64,000 nucleotides of DNA from Octopus sinensis (GCF_006345805.1 NC_043000.1:2418001-2482000); one strand, 5' to 3'. Shown: positions 41,715-54,468, counted from the first letter of the stretch. Notes: generated from the letters alone by a model not told the origin. Program-made: numbers and translations.

Positions 41715-42038
41715 ATATACGACAGGCTTCTTTCAGTTTCCGTCTACCAAATCCACTCACAAGGCATTGGTCGGCCCGGGGCTATAGTAGAGACACTTGC
41801 CCAAGGTGCCACGCAGTAGGACTGAACCCGGAACCATGTGGTTGGTTAGCAAGCTACTTACCACACAGCCACTCCTGCGCCTATTTGGATATTATTTATA
41901 TCTTGTTGGTTTCATGAGATCTCATTCTGATGTACATATAAAACCTTCCATAGCCTTTCTTCGAACAAGCAACATAGCCATGCCAGCACCAACTCGCAGC
42001 TTTATCCTCAGTCAAGCATTCTAGATAACATCCAAAAG
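40206..42038 (+). repeat. Tandem duplication, ~920-bp unit x2
   Basis: Units start aagttatgatggtc at 40206 and 41126 and differ mainly by 1-nt indels. Confidence 0.95.
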
Positions 42039-42469
42039 CAGACCTTTTCATTGACTGGCAATGATTCAATCTCATCACCACAACAACTGCTAGCTCACAG
42101 ACATGTTGTTTACTCTCACTGTCTCCTGTACCACTACTATAATGGCCTCTGCTCCTCTTAACTGGTGAGCTACTTACTTCACCTTGCCCAACCTCAGGAA
42201 AAACACGTTTCTTCCATTTGTCGTCCCTGTTGTGTGTCATCTTCTTGATCAGGTATTAATTACTTTGTCTAGCCCTTTCACATCTCCCCTTGGGATTCCC
42301 TCTTCACCCATATTTTACATTCAAATTTCAACTGCTAGGTATTCAAAATAAAGCATCAATGAAGAAAACGTTATCATTTTGGGAGATCATGGACCATGAG
42401 TGCTATCCCTTATTTGATTGTTAACTAAGAGAGTACAGGATTCAAGCCTCTTCTCCTTATCTCCTCAAA

Positions 42470-42952
42470 GACATACAGCATCTCGAAAGAGTCCAGAAGC
42501 TGGCTACCCTCATGGTTCTTGGTCTCAAGAATTTGTCTTATGAAGAAAGGCTGAAGACGCTCGACCTTTATTCTCTAGAAAAATGACGATGCCATGGTGA
42601 TCTCATTCTTGCTCACAACATCATAAGCGGAAAGTGTAACCTCTTGAAAGAGCTGTTCTTCACTCCTGCTCCAGAGCGTCGGCTGCGGGGTCATTCCGAA
42701 AAGGTCTACCTGCGAAGATTTCATCTCAATCAAAGGAGAGGGGCTTTCTCCGTCCGGGTTGCGGATCCGTGGAATAAGCTGCCGGACTAGATGGTGAAGA
42801 TGCCGACGACCGCTCGGTTCAAAGTCTCCCTTGACCACAAGTGGCCTGAACTCTTTACATGAGCACCACCCTGTACATAACTCCTTGTCCCCATGGGGGG
42901 AGGGCCTTGCTTTTTGCTTTTTGAGCCAAAAATTAACTAACTAACTGACTAA
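42470..42952 (+). mobile_element. CR1-clade LINE 3' end, second family
   Basis: GLKNLSYEERLKTLDLYSLE..RLRGH..AFSVRVADPWNKLP with stops; (TAAC)n tail. Confidence 0.85.
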
Positions 42953-43094
42953 GAAGCTCACTTTTAAACCACGTGGTTTTCAGGTTCAGTCCCACAGAAT
43001 GGCACCTCTGGTAAGTGTCTTCTACTACAGCCCTGGGCCAACAAAGGCATTGTGAGTGGATCTGGTTGACATAAATCTGTGAGAAAGCCTGTCA

Positions 43095-43125
<31 letters not shown>

Positions 43126-43546
43126 TGTGTGTGGATGGGTGGGTGTGTAGGGGTGTGTATCTTTGTGCCTGTGTTTGTCCCTCCCACTGCTTGACTGACA
43201 GTTGGTGTTAGCTTGTTTACATGCCCTGTAATTTAGTGGTTCAGCAAAAGAGACTGATTTAATAAGTACAAGACTTAAAAACTAGTACTGGGTTTGACTC
43301 TGTTGAACTAAAACCCTTAAAAATAGTGCCTCAGCTGGGCCACAATCCTACGACTGAAACAATGACTATATTTTAAAATATTGTGTGTGTGTGGGTGTGT
43401 CTGTGTGTGCGGGTGCATGTACACCCGTACACAACCCCAACCTTTATTGATGTTGTCAAGATGTCTCCAGTCTCTGTCTGCTCCCCTTTAACTACTTCAG
43501 TCTCTACGCCTCAACCTATCCACTTAATCCCACTCATATTTTCCCC

Positions 43547-44005
43547 TCATCATCATCATCATCATCCTCGTCCTCTTCCTCCTCCTCTTCTTCTCCCTCC
43601 TCTTCTTCTCCCTCCCCTTCTTCCTCCTCCTCTTCTTCTCCCTCTTCTTCTCCCTCCTCCTCCTCTTTCTCCTCTTCTCCCTCTTCTCCCTCCTCCTCCT
43701 CTTCCTCCTCTCCCTCTTCTTCTCCCTCTTCTCCCTCCTCCTCCTCTTCCTCCTCTCCCTCTTCTTCTTCCTCCTCCCCTTCCTCCCGTTCCTCCTCTTC
43801 CTCCTCCCCTTTCTCTTCCTCCCCTTCCTCCTCTTCTTCTTCCTCTTCCTCTTCCTCCCCGTCCACCTCTTCTTCCTCCTTCTCTTCCTCCCCTTCCTCC
43901 TCCTCTTCCTCTTATTCTTCCTCCTCCACTTCCTCCTCTTCCTCTTCCTCCTCCACTTCCTCCTCTTCCTCCTCCTCTTCGTCTTCCACGTCCTTCTCCT
44001 CCTCA
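43547..44005. repeat. ~450-bp (CCT/CTT)n polypyrimidine tract
   Basis: Almost purely C/T on the + strand. Confidence 0.95.
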
Positions 44006-44374
44006 CTCACTCACTCTTAGAAACAGAAGCCAAGTTTCCCTCAAAGCGCATCCCACCGGCTTGTAAAATAGAGTATATTGGATGAATTGATTCTAATAAC
44101 CCTAAAATAATATGGGATGGCTACATTAGGAATGTCTTTGTACATATGTTTACTGGAACAGGGCTGATCTAAGATTAATCCAAAGCAACAACTTTAATCA
44201 ATAAGTCCAATTTGTATCACAGATAGTCTACTTAATTTCATCCAAAGTCTATCCTTGTGTTCTACTGACAGCCAACTCCACATTATTTTTATTCAGAAGA
44301 CTTAATGACCATCATAAAATTCTCTTTTTCCAAGCTGTAATAATCTTCTGTATTAATGTAAAACACACTACAGC

Positions 44375-44405
<31 letters not shown>

Positions 44406-44806
44406 ATCACACAACTAGGTTATAAGTAATGGATTGTTTTGTAAACTGAAGCAATCCCACAGCAAATATTGTCTGCTGACTCATTCACTTCTGAACCAAT
44501 CTCACTTCTCACTTCTACTTAGCTTTGCTAAAAAGCGAATTATTCAAAGTTATCTCTCCTATGAGAAATAATTTAGCACTTTTATTAATACTCTTTTACT
44601 CTTTTACTTGTTTCAGTCATTTTGACTGCGGCCATGCTGGAGCACCGCCTTTAGTCGAGCAAGTCAACCCCAGGACTTTGTAAGCCTAGTACTTATTCTG
44701 TCAGTCTCTTTTGCCGAACTGCTAAGTGACGGGGATGTAAACACACCAGCATTGGTTGTCAAGCGATGTTGGGGACACACACACAAACATATACATATAT
44801 ACATAC

Positions 44807-44858
<52 letters not shown>

Positions 44859-45029
44859 GATGGGCTTCTTTCAGTTTCCGTCTACCAAATCCACTCATAA
44901 GGCTCTGGTTGGCCTGAGGCTATAGTAGAAGACACTTGGCCAAGGTGCCACGCTGTGGGACTGAACCCGGGACCATGTGGTTGGTAAGCAAGCTACTTAC
45001 CACACAGCCACTCCTCCACCTATAATGGC

Positions 45030-45068
<39 letters not shown>

Positions 45069-46791
45069 CCTTTCTCATATCGGCACAAGGCCTGAAATTT
45101 GAGGGGAGGGGTTAGTCAATTACTTTGATCCCCCAATAATCAACTGGTACTTATCTTGTCGATCCCAGAAGGATCTCAGTATAATTTGAATCCAAAACAA
45201 AGATGGATGAAATGCTGCCAAGCATTTTGCCCAGCTTGCTAACGATTTTGCCATCTCACCGCCTTACAGTAATGGTAATAATAATAATAATAATAATCCT
45301 TTCTATAATAGGCAAAAGGCCTGAAATTTGGTGGGGAGGGGTAAGTCGGTTACATTCACTCTAGTGTGTATCTGGTACTTAATTTATCGACCCTGAAAGG
45401 ATGAAAGACAGAGTCGACGTCAGTGGAATTTGAACTCAGAACATAGCAACAGGCGAAATAGCGCTAAGCGTTTCAACCAGCATGCTAACGACTCTGCCAG
45501 CTTGTCACCTTGATGATGATGATGATGCCGCCGCCACAGGTACTCCTTTGTGGTTAACAATCAAGTTGTTTCAGGTTGAGTCTCACTGTGTGGACTTTGA
45601 GCAAATGTCTTCTACTGTAGCCCAGGATCAACCAATGCCTTGTGTGGGAATTTGGTTGATGGAAACTGTGTGAATCCCATCATGTGCGTGTTTGTGTGTG
45701 TGTGTGTGTATGTGTGTCACTACACGACAACCAGTCCTGGTTTGTTTATATCTCTGTAAGTTAGGTTTGGCAAAAGTAACTAATAGCATAAGCAACAAAC
45801 TAGTACAGAATCTGTGAAAAAGATGAAAGTATTAACCATCTCTTAAGCGAATACAGTATGTCAGCACAAAAAGTGAGTTAGCACCAGCATAATGGTGTCA
45901 GTGAAAGTCAAACAGTTGCCTGATATTACCATCAATCTGTTGTAGACATGCCTAGGTTTACACAAAGTTGAGTAACTTTTGCTATGATCTTTTTAATTTC
46001 AGATTCAAATAATCTTCCCCTAATTTCACTCCAGCCTCCACAGATCTTCTATATTTAGGATCTGTATCTTACTGCCATTTAGTAGAGCATTTCTCACATA
46101 TTTTATAAATACCTATTTCTTTACTACCCACAAGGGGCTAAACACAGAGAGGACAAACAAAGAGAGACAAACGGATTAAGTCGATTATATCAACCTCAGT
46201 GCGTAACTGGTACTTAATTTATCGACCCCGAAAGGATGAAAGGCAAAGTTGAACTTGGCGGAATTTGAACTCAGAACGTAGCGGCAGACGAAATACCTAT
46301 TTCTTTATTACCCACAAGGGGCTAAACACAGAGGGGCTAAACACAGAGGGGACAAACAAGGACAGACATAGGTATTAAGTCGATTACATCGACCCCAGTG
46401 CGTAACTGGTACTTAATTTATCGACCCCGAAAGGATGAACGGCAAAGTTGAACTCGGCGGAATTTGAACTCAGAACGTAGCAGCAGACGAAATACCGCTA
46501 AGCATTTCGCCCGGTGTGCTAACGATTCTGCCAGCTCGCCGCCTTTTATAAATACCATCACTGTCACATCATCTGTACTCCACATCCAACACTCATGTCT
46601 CACCTGTACTCCACATCCAACACTCATGTCTCACCTGTACTCCATATCAAACAGATCAGACTCAACTCATTGTGTTAGCTAACATAAATATGTCTCTGTG
46701 TATAACATATATGCACATGCGCACTCACATACTTATGTATTTAAACTGACACATGTGAACAGTTCTTCTCCATCACACACATATACATTAA

Positions 46792-47845
46792 TAGATTAAA
46801 TGAAAAAATAGACAAAGAAGCTTGATTGATTTCTGTATGCGTACTAATTTCATTTATTAGTACAAAGGCAGACCAGTGCAGTGTGTACCACAGAACACAA
46901 CAGAATGCCAATGTACGGAGACTGGAATAAAATCTGCTATATTCAGACAAATTTAATTATAGTCTGTGCTAAATCTAATTGTATGCAGGTCAGATATGAT
47001 ATCAAAGAAATGGTCAGTATCACACAAAAGAACTCAGTGGTTGTATGTTCAAAGTAAGTTAAATCCACCTGAATTTCCCAATTCCATTAGTGTAATAAAA
47101 ACCACAAACATTCCAGAAAACTCAAGTCACTTCTTTTTGAAAAGTTAATCAACAAATGAAAAGAAAGCAACATTAGTGAAGAAGGAAATATCGTAAAAGT
47201 CTTTTGGATCTTACCAAAAGCAAAATGGCTGACTGAAGAGAAATAAAAGGCAGCCATATTTGAACAAATTATGTCAATTGTTTCTCTGAGCTACATCTTC
47301 TCCACCATCGCTCGGTGTACTGACAAAAGATATCTCTTTACTTTCATCCTTGCTTTATCAGCCATGCTAAAAGTTCTGTCACTGTATCATTCGACTGTCA
47401 TACAACTTCACCAATGTTGCAGTTTAGTTCTAGGCAACAGTTTATGTTTGTTATTCATCTTGGCTATCTTTACACTTTGTTTTCATATCAAGCTTGTATA
47501 TTTTGCCATAATGTCCAACCAAATAATGAAGCAAAAGATAATGACCGCTATATGCCTTTGTTAACAAGTTGTGCTACGTGTAACGAATGAGAACTGCCTT
47601 TCTTTTAGCTCCATGCCAACCACTCACTGCTCACAAAAGTGATTTCACAAATATATGTGATGCAGTCCCTGAGTCATTCAAATATTGCACTAGAACTTCA
47701 CACATGAAAACACCTGAATTGTAAAGTCTGGGTTTAAAGTCTTCTGCTATTTGACCAGCAGACCATTATTTCAATCAGTGAACTGAGTTATATAAATCAT
47801 TCAAGTGTGGAAAGTATGTTGATGAAATCAAAAAGACATCATTAA
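46792..47845 (-). repeat. Copy 1 of a ~1.05-kb near-identical non-coding block (candidate terminal exon plus upstream intron of an antisense transcript)
   Basis: About 7 differences from 53416-54468 by eye. Stops in all minus frames. Minus-strand AATAAA at 46853-46858 followed by a T-rich tract; candidate acceptor ttacaattCAG at 47714. Confidence 0.9.
47771..47845 (-). ncRNA. Candidate box C/D snoRNA, copy 1
   Basis: C box ATGATGT (47842-47836), D box CTGA (47778-47775), ~75 nt long. The 11-nt element AACTCAGTTCA before D is complementary to 28S UGAGCUGGGUU. Terminal stem is weak and C'/D' spacing is non-canonical. Confidence 0.35.
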
Positions 47846-48208
47846 ACAGTTATGAATATATGAAGATACAAAGAGAAAGGAAGTCTTTATATGATTGTCT
47901 ATATGTTTATAAATTTTTATGTCTTTAATATGTGCATGCCTGAATCTGAATGATTATGTTTGTGTGTGTACACGCATGTATGTGTGTACATGCATGTATG
48001 TGTGTGTGTGTGTATATGTGTGAATTTGTAGTTGGATGTGTGCGTATATATATATTCATTTGTATGTATGTTTGGGTGTGTGTGTATATATGTGTGTGTT
48101 AGTGAGTCAGAGATAATACTTTAGTCATACCAAACATTATTGCTGCATCAACTGCACACAACTCTTTTGATATTGGTAAATTATCCAGCTTACCAATACA
48201 TAATTATA

Positions 48209-48246
<38 letters not shown>

Positions 48247-49857
48247 TATTATATATATATATATAAACAATTGCAGCGTGGTAGGTGTTTGTAAGCCATT
48301 TAAGAAACACACAAAAGCCGTTCGATTCACTTCAACATTTAAGTTTAATTTGTCAAAATATTATTGTCGCTAAAATCCGCAACCTGTTCACTGACAAAAA
48401 TCCGTGCTGCACGGATTTTTATATATGGATTTTTATATATGGATGTAGATTTGTGTTTATATATTTATATATACACACACTTTGCTGGTATGTGTTGAAC
48501 AGTTCAACAAGAACCTACAAGCCAGAGGACTGTGCCAGACTCCAATATTTACTTTAGCATGGTTTCAATGAATGGATGCCCTTCATAATGCCAACCAATT
48601 CACAAAGTGTATTTGATGCTTTTTTTCATAGGACCAGCACTTGTGAATTCAGCAAGTAATTTGCAAGGTAAGACTCATCAACTGTGTGGTCAGGTAATAT
48701 TGAAGGAAGTGACTTTATGCCTTGTGTTAAGAGGTTCAACCCATTTGTTACCAATCTGCTGGAGACTGTCCCAAATTCTGTAACATAAACTTACTGTTTT
48801 AAAGTGGTCTAAATTATAATCTTCCATCAAAATTTTATGCTAAATTATTCCAGGCCCCAGCTTAATAATTAAATAGTTATTTTACTAAATTCTCCATTAT
48901 TTAAAAAATTTATTGAAACAAAGGCAGAATATGGTAACAAAAGGGTTAAGTAAGACAGAGGACTGGAATAAGTGTCTTTCTGAAAAGGGGACACATAGCT
49001 TTCCTAGCTGGAAAATGAGAAAAGAGGTGGTGAGTATTTACCCTCAAAGAATAAGGTGAATATAAGAAAGATGAGAGGGATACAGAGGATCGGAAAGGGT
49101 GGGTTTGTAGCTAAGTTCATGAGGGTGTGAAAGGAGAGCAGTACCTGGCTTGATGACCAAACAGTCTGACAATAGCAAGTAAGCCAAAAAAGGTCACTTT
49201 ACCTATCACCTTTTACTTGCTTCAGTCATTTGACTGCAGCCATGCTGGAGCACTGTCCTAAAGAATTTACATTTGAATGAATTTACCTCAGAATTTATTA
49301 TTTTTTGCAAAGCTTGGTACTTATTCTGTCAGTCACATTTGCCGAACTGCTAATGTTACAGGGATGTAAACACACCAACACTGGTTGTCAAGCAGTAGTG
49401 GGACATGCATGCACACAGATACATATACACAAGCTTCGTTCTTCTGACAACTAAATCCACTCACAAGGCTTTGGTTGGCCTGAGACTAAAGCAGAAGACA
49501 TTTGCCCAAGGTGCCACACAGTGGGACTGAACCTGAAACCATGTGGTTGAGAGCCAAGCTTTTTAGCACATAGCCACAACATTTTCTTTGTAAAATTTAA
49601 TAAGCCTGTATTCTATGAAAAAATCTTGAGTAATCCTTCAGTTTCATGTTAAACTGTTTTTTATATATAACTTGACATAAAAACAAACATTAATATATAT
49701 ATGTGTGTGTGTGTGTAATTTAGAAAAAAAATCTCTATTAAATAATTCAATAATGAAAACTGTTATTCACACCATATAGAAAACATATACTGTAAAAACC
49801 TTATTCTAAAAATCAATAAAGTACAAAAACAATAAATGGTAAATAGTAGAAAAAAAA

Positions 49858-49962
49858 ACTACACGAGTTTTGTGGCTATATTTTCAAATAGATAATAATA
49901 ATAAAATCAATTCGATCTAAAATTAATTCTGTGTAAAAATATAGTCACTCATCAGGTGTAAA
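49858..49962 (-). ncRNA. Degenerate hammerhead relic
   Basis: Minus strand: acac-CTGATGA-GTGACTATATTTT..AAAATATAGCCAC-AAAA-CTCGTGTA. 13-bp stem II with one mismatch; GAAA reads AAAA, consistent with CpG decay; stem I is poor. Confidence 0.5.
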
Positions 49963-50164
49963 ATAATAATAATAATAATAAAAGATAATAATAATATATA
50001 TATATATATATATATATAAACATTATCAACCATATATACTTAATGTATGTATATGTACCATGTATTTTTTGGTAAGCTGTGATTTTGTCATGTTGGAGAA
50101 TACTCTCTCTCAAAGCGCCAGGTGTTAAAACACCTGCAAGTCATGGACAGGAAAGATAACTCAC

Positions 50165-50287
50165 CTCTGATCCCATCTAGGTGTGATGGATATCAATGTT
50201 TCACAATTTTCGTGGCTTATCAATATCATTTTCTCAAACAGAGGCAGAGATGACTGATATTGCCAGTCCGTGACTCATATGTATATA
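50165..50287 (-). promoter_or_regulatory. Candidate minus-strand core promoter and first exon
   Basis: TATATA (50287-50282) lies 32 nt upstream of an Inr-like TCAGTC (A at 50255), with an AP-1 site TGAGTCA between them. Strong donor AG|GTGAGT at 50165/50164. Confidence 0.3.
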
Positions 50288-50493
50288 GCATGCAAACTAT
50301 GTGTGAGTAAACCCAGACAATGCATACATGAGAATAAATTCAGATATGAAATAAAAGCAGCTTTAGTGTAATAAACATTATCAACCACATATACTTAATG
50401 GAAACATCAAGTGTATTTACCGGTAGGCTGAGATTTGGTGTCCAACCATATATATATTCATAAATGTGTGTGTGTGTGTGTGTGTATTTATCT

Positions 50494-51797
50494 TTCTATA
50501 ATACATTGAAAGTCTGTTTGAATCTTGCTTGCTTGCTTGCAATGTTACCCAGCCAAACTGGCACATAATGGGAAAATACTATGAATTAAGTCTACCCTGA
50601 AATGTTAATATGAATGGAATGAAACAAGTTTCACATAAATTGGAGTAGTAGTTATTGAGATATTTGGGGTTTGGTGGTATAAATATCCAAAACTGTGCAT
50701 AATGGGAAAATGCTCCGAATATAACTTCATCCTGAAAGGAAAGAAACTCTGACTTTTCGATTAGACAGTGGTTTGGCAACAAAAAAATACAATTATTTTT
50801 CACAGTAAATGTTTCTATTTTTACTTTGTTAAACACGATATTATAATCATTTAGAAATATCTTAAGTGAATGTGATTTCAAAAATGTAAGTTGTTTGTAC
50901 AGTAAGTATTTATATTTTAGCTTTCTTTAAACAGACAATATTTTAATGTTTTTTAAAATTATTTTCAAGTGGATACCATTACAAAAATTGTTTTTTGGCA
51001 TATTTAGAAAGTATTTTAAAGTGAAAATGACTTTAAAAATACAGTAAATATTTCGTAAAAGACCTGTTCATAACCTTGGTGTGAAATAGATTTTCCATAG
51101 CTTTTTTTTTTTTCAAGTGCATTCAATGTATCTCACTCTACCACCATGTAACAGCTATTTATGATAAAGGACCTGAAATACTTATGTTGTTACAGGACAT
51201 GCAAGTAATAGCAGCCAAATCTTCCTTCTCTGGGGAAAGGAGCAGTTTACACATGATTTCAATGTCACATTCATTGAAAGCTTGCAAAATAACCTGGAAA
51301 AGAAAAAAAACCCATGATACATAATTCCATTTCTGGGAAACTCAGAGTTTCCCAGTGACCCACGGGTCATGGGTAGTCTAGTAATACATTAAAAGTCAGT
51401 TTGAAGCTTGCTTGCTTGCAATGTTGCCCAGCCAAACTGGTGCAAATGGGAAAATACTATGAATTAAGTTTACCCTGAAATGTTAATATGAACAGAATAA
51501 AACAAGTTTCATGTAAATCAGACAAGTGGTTGTGGAGATATTAGAGGTTTACAGGGTATAAATACCCACAACAGTGCATAATGGGAAAATATTTCAAAAA
51601 TAATCTAAAAACTGAAAGAGAAGACACTCTTATCTTTCGATTAGACACAGTGACTCGACAATGCAAGAATATGATTTTTCACATTCATTGAAAGCATTCA
51701 AAATAATCTGGAAAGGAAAAAAAAACTTACAAAATAAAACTCCTTTGCTGAGAAACTTATAGTGTCTCAGTGACTCAACAGGTTGCATGTAGTCTAG
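50494..51797 (+). mobile_element. Two head-to-tail Helitron-like units
   Basis: Homologous starts (50500, 51383). Both end in a hairpin + gtCTAGt (~51351-51382, ~51770-51798). Confidence 0.6.
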
Positions 51798-52931
51798 TAT
51801 GTGTATATATAACGATGATGATGATGATGATATACACACACACGCACACACACACAAATATCTTTATATGGTTGGACTTTTTAAAGTTCAATACATTACT
51901 CCACAATGGTGCAGAGATTTATTATTATATAAGGGCATGGGTTGTGCTGAACCAGTCCCAATCTCTTCTCCTTTGAATTTGTATTGGTCTGGTGCAACAA
52001 ATTCCATGAGCCTAGAAGTATTACACATGTACGCACAAACACACACACAACATAAATGCTCTTTGAGATCTTTTGAGGTATTTTCATCTTAATGACTGAT
52101 AAGCAGTTCCATTGCAATTTTGCATTCAACCCCGCCTCGAATGGCTTCTGTGCCGGTGGCACATAAGAAGCACCATCCGAACGTGGCCGATGACAGCACC
52201 GCCTCGACTGGCTTCTGTGCCGGTGGCACATAAAAAGCACCAACCGATCGTGGCCGATGCCAGACCCCTCTGGCACCTGTGCAGGTGGCACGTAAAAAGC
52301 ACCCACTACACTCGCAGAGTGGTTGGCATTAGGAAGGGCATCCAGCTGTAGAAACACTGCCAGATCAGACTGGAGCCTGGAGCAGCCCCTGGCTCCCCAG
52401 ACCCCGGTCGAACCGTCCAACCCGTGCTAGTGCGGAAAACGGACGTTAAACGATGATGATGATGATGATGATTTAATTTAATTTGTATCTTGAGCTGTTT
52501 GAAACTTTGCTTGTGCAATTGTCTTTTACTATAGCTCTAGGCCAACAAAAGCCTTGTGAGTGAATTTGGTAGATGGAAATTAAAAAGAAGCCTGATGTGT
52601 GTGTGTGTGTGTACATGTCTCTTTGTTTTGACAGTGCAAACAAATAATTGTAAATAGATTTTACCCTCATCTAAGCAGTGGTATTCATTTGTAATCTTAC
52701 TTGAAAACATGTCTGGGCTTAGCAAAAATATTATCTTACCTGAAAATGGGTAAGAGTTGAAGACAGGAGGAGCATCTGGCCATACAATATGTGCCACAAT
52801 GAATCTTGTATGACGCATATAAGCTTGGAAAGGTATGATATTAAAATTATAATGATGATACATACGTACATTCATGTACAAGTGCAAGAGAGAGAGAGGT
52901 GGGGTGGAAGTGAAGAGTGTGTGTCTATTTT

Positions 52932-52966
<35 letters not shown>

Positions 52967-52971
52967 ATATA

Positions 52972-53026
<55 letters not shown>

Positions 53027-53215
53027 CCAGTGGCATGTAAAAGCACCCACTACACTATTGGAGTGGTTGGTGTTAGGAAGGGCATCCAGCTGTAGAAACT
53101 TGGCCAGATCAAGATTGGAGTCTGGTGCAGCCATCTGGTTCGCCAGTCCTCAGTCAAATTGTCCAAGGAAAGCTGACGTTAAATGATGATGATGATGATC
53201 TATATATATATATAT

Positions 53216-53276
<61 letters not shown>

Positions 53277-53415
53277 CATATATACTCATATGTATGTTCA
53301 CTTATACATTGTTAGATACGTTATACAGGTATATATTCAGATACACTATCATGTGTATGTCTACATGTAAGTTGACATATATGGACATACCTACCCCATT
53401 ATATACTTACATAAC

Positions 53416-54468
53416 TAGATTAAATGAAAAAATTGACAAAGAAGCTTGATTGATTTCTGTATGCGTACTAATTTCATTTATTAGTACAAAGGCAGACCAG
53501 TGCAGTGTGTACCACAGAACACAACAGAATGCCAATGTACGGAGACTGGAATAAAATCTGCTATATTCAGACAAATTTAATTATAGTCTGTGCTAAATCT
53601 AATTGTATGCAGGTCAGATATGATATCAAAGAAATGGTCAGTTCACACAAAAGAACTCAGTGGTTGTATGTTCAAAGTGAGTTAAATCCACCTGAATTTC
53701 CCAATTCCATTAGTGTAATAAAAACCACAAACATTCCAGAAAACTCAAGTCACTTCTTTTTGAAAAGTTAATCAACAAATGAAAAGAAAGCAACATTAGT
53801 GAAGAAGGAAATATCGTAAAAGTCTTTTGGATCTTACCAAAAGCAAAATGGCTGACTGAAGAGAAATAAAAGGCAGCCATATTTGAACAAATTATGTCAA
53901 TTGTTTCTCTGAGCTACATCTTCTCCACCATCGCTCGGTGTACTGACAAAAGATATCTCTTTACTTGCATCCTTGCTTTATCAGCCATGCTAAAAGTTCT
54001 GTCACTGTATCATTCGAATGTCATACAACTTCACCAATGTTGCAGTTTAGTTCTAGGCAACAGTTTATGTTCGTTATTCATCTTGGCTATCTTTACACTT
54101 TGTTTTCATATCAAGCTTGTATATTTTGCCATAATGTCCAACCAAATAATGAAGCAAAAGATAATGACCGCTATATGCCTTTGTTAACAAGTTGTGCTAC
54201 GTGTAACGAATGAGAACTGCCTTTCTTTTAGCTCCATGCCAACCACTCACTGCTCACAAAAGTGATTTCACAAATATATGTGATGCAGTCCCTGAGTCAT
54301 TCAAATATTGCACTAGAACTTCACACATGAAAACACCTGAATTGTAAAGTCTGGGTTTAAAGTCTTCTGCTATTTGACCAGCAGACCATTATTTCAATCA
54401 GTGAGCTGAGTTATATAAATCATTCAAGTGTGGAAAGTATGTTGATGAAATCAAAAAGACATCATTAA
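53416..54468 (-). repeat. Copy 2 of the ~1.05-kb near-identical non-coding block
   Basis: Direct repeat at offset 6623-6624. Flanks remain alignable but are much more diverged. Confidence 0.9.
54394..54468 (-). ncRNA. Candidate box C/D snoRNA, copy 2
   Basis: Same boxes as copy 1, with guide AACTCAGCTCA (one G-U pair to 28S UGAGCUGGGUU). Confidence 0.38.

Noticed and set aside
43383-44066. Poly-Pro, poly-Arg/Lys and poly-Glu ORFs
   Set aside because: Translations of a (CCT/CTT)n tract.
46830-46932. H/ACA-like double hairpin on the + strand
   Set aside because: Pocket-to-H-box spacing is too short and there is no ACA box; AATAAA on the minus strand explains the region better.
47220-47262. 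Hairpin containing CTGAAGA-GAAA
   Set aside because: No stem II, stem III or cleavage triplet; not a hammerhead.
47271-47564. 97-aa hydrophobic ORF present in both 1-kb copies
   Set aside because: All three inter-copy differences in it are non-synonymous, there is no recognisable domain, and the processing signals point to the opposite strand.
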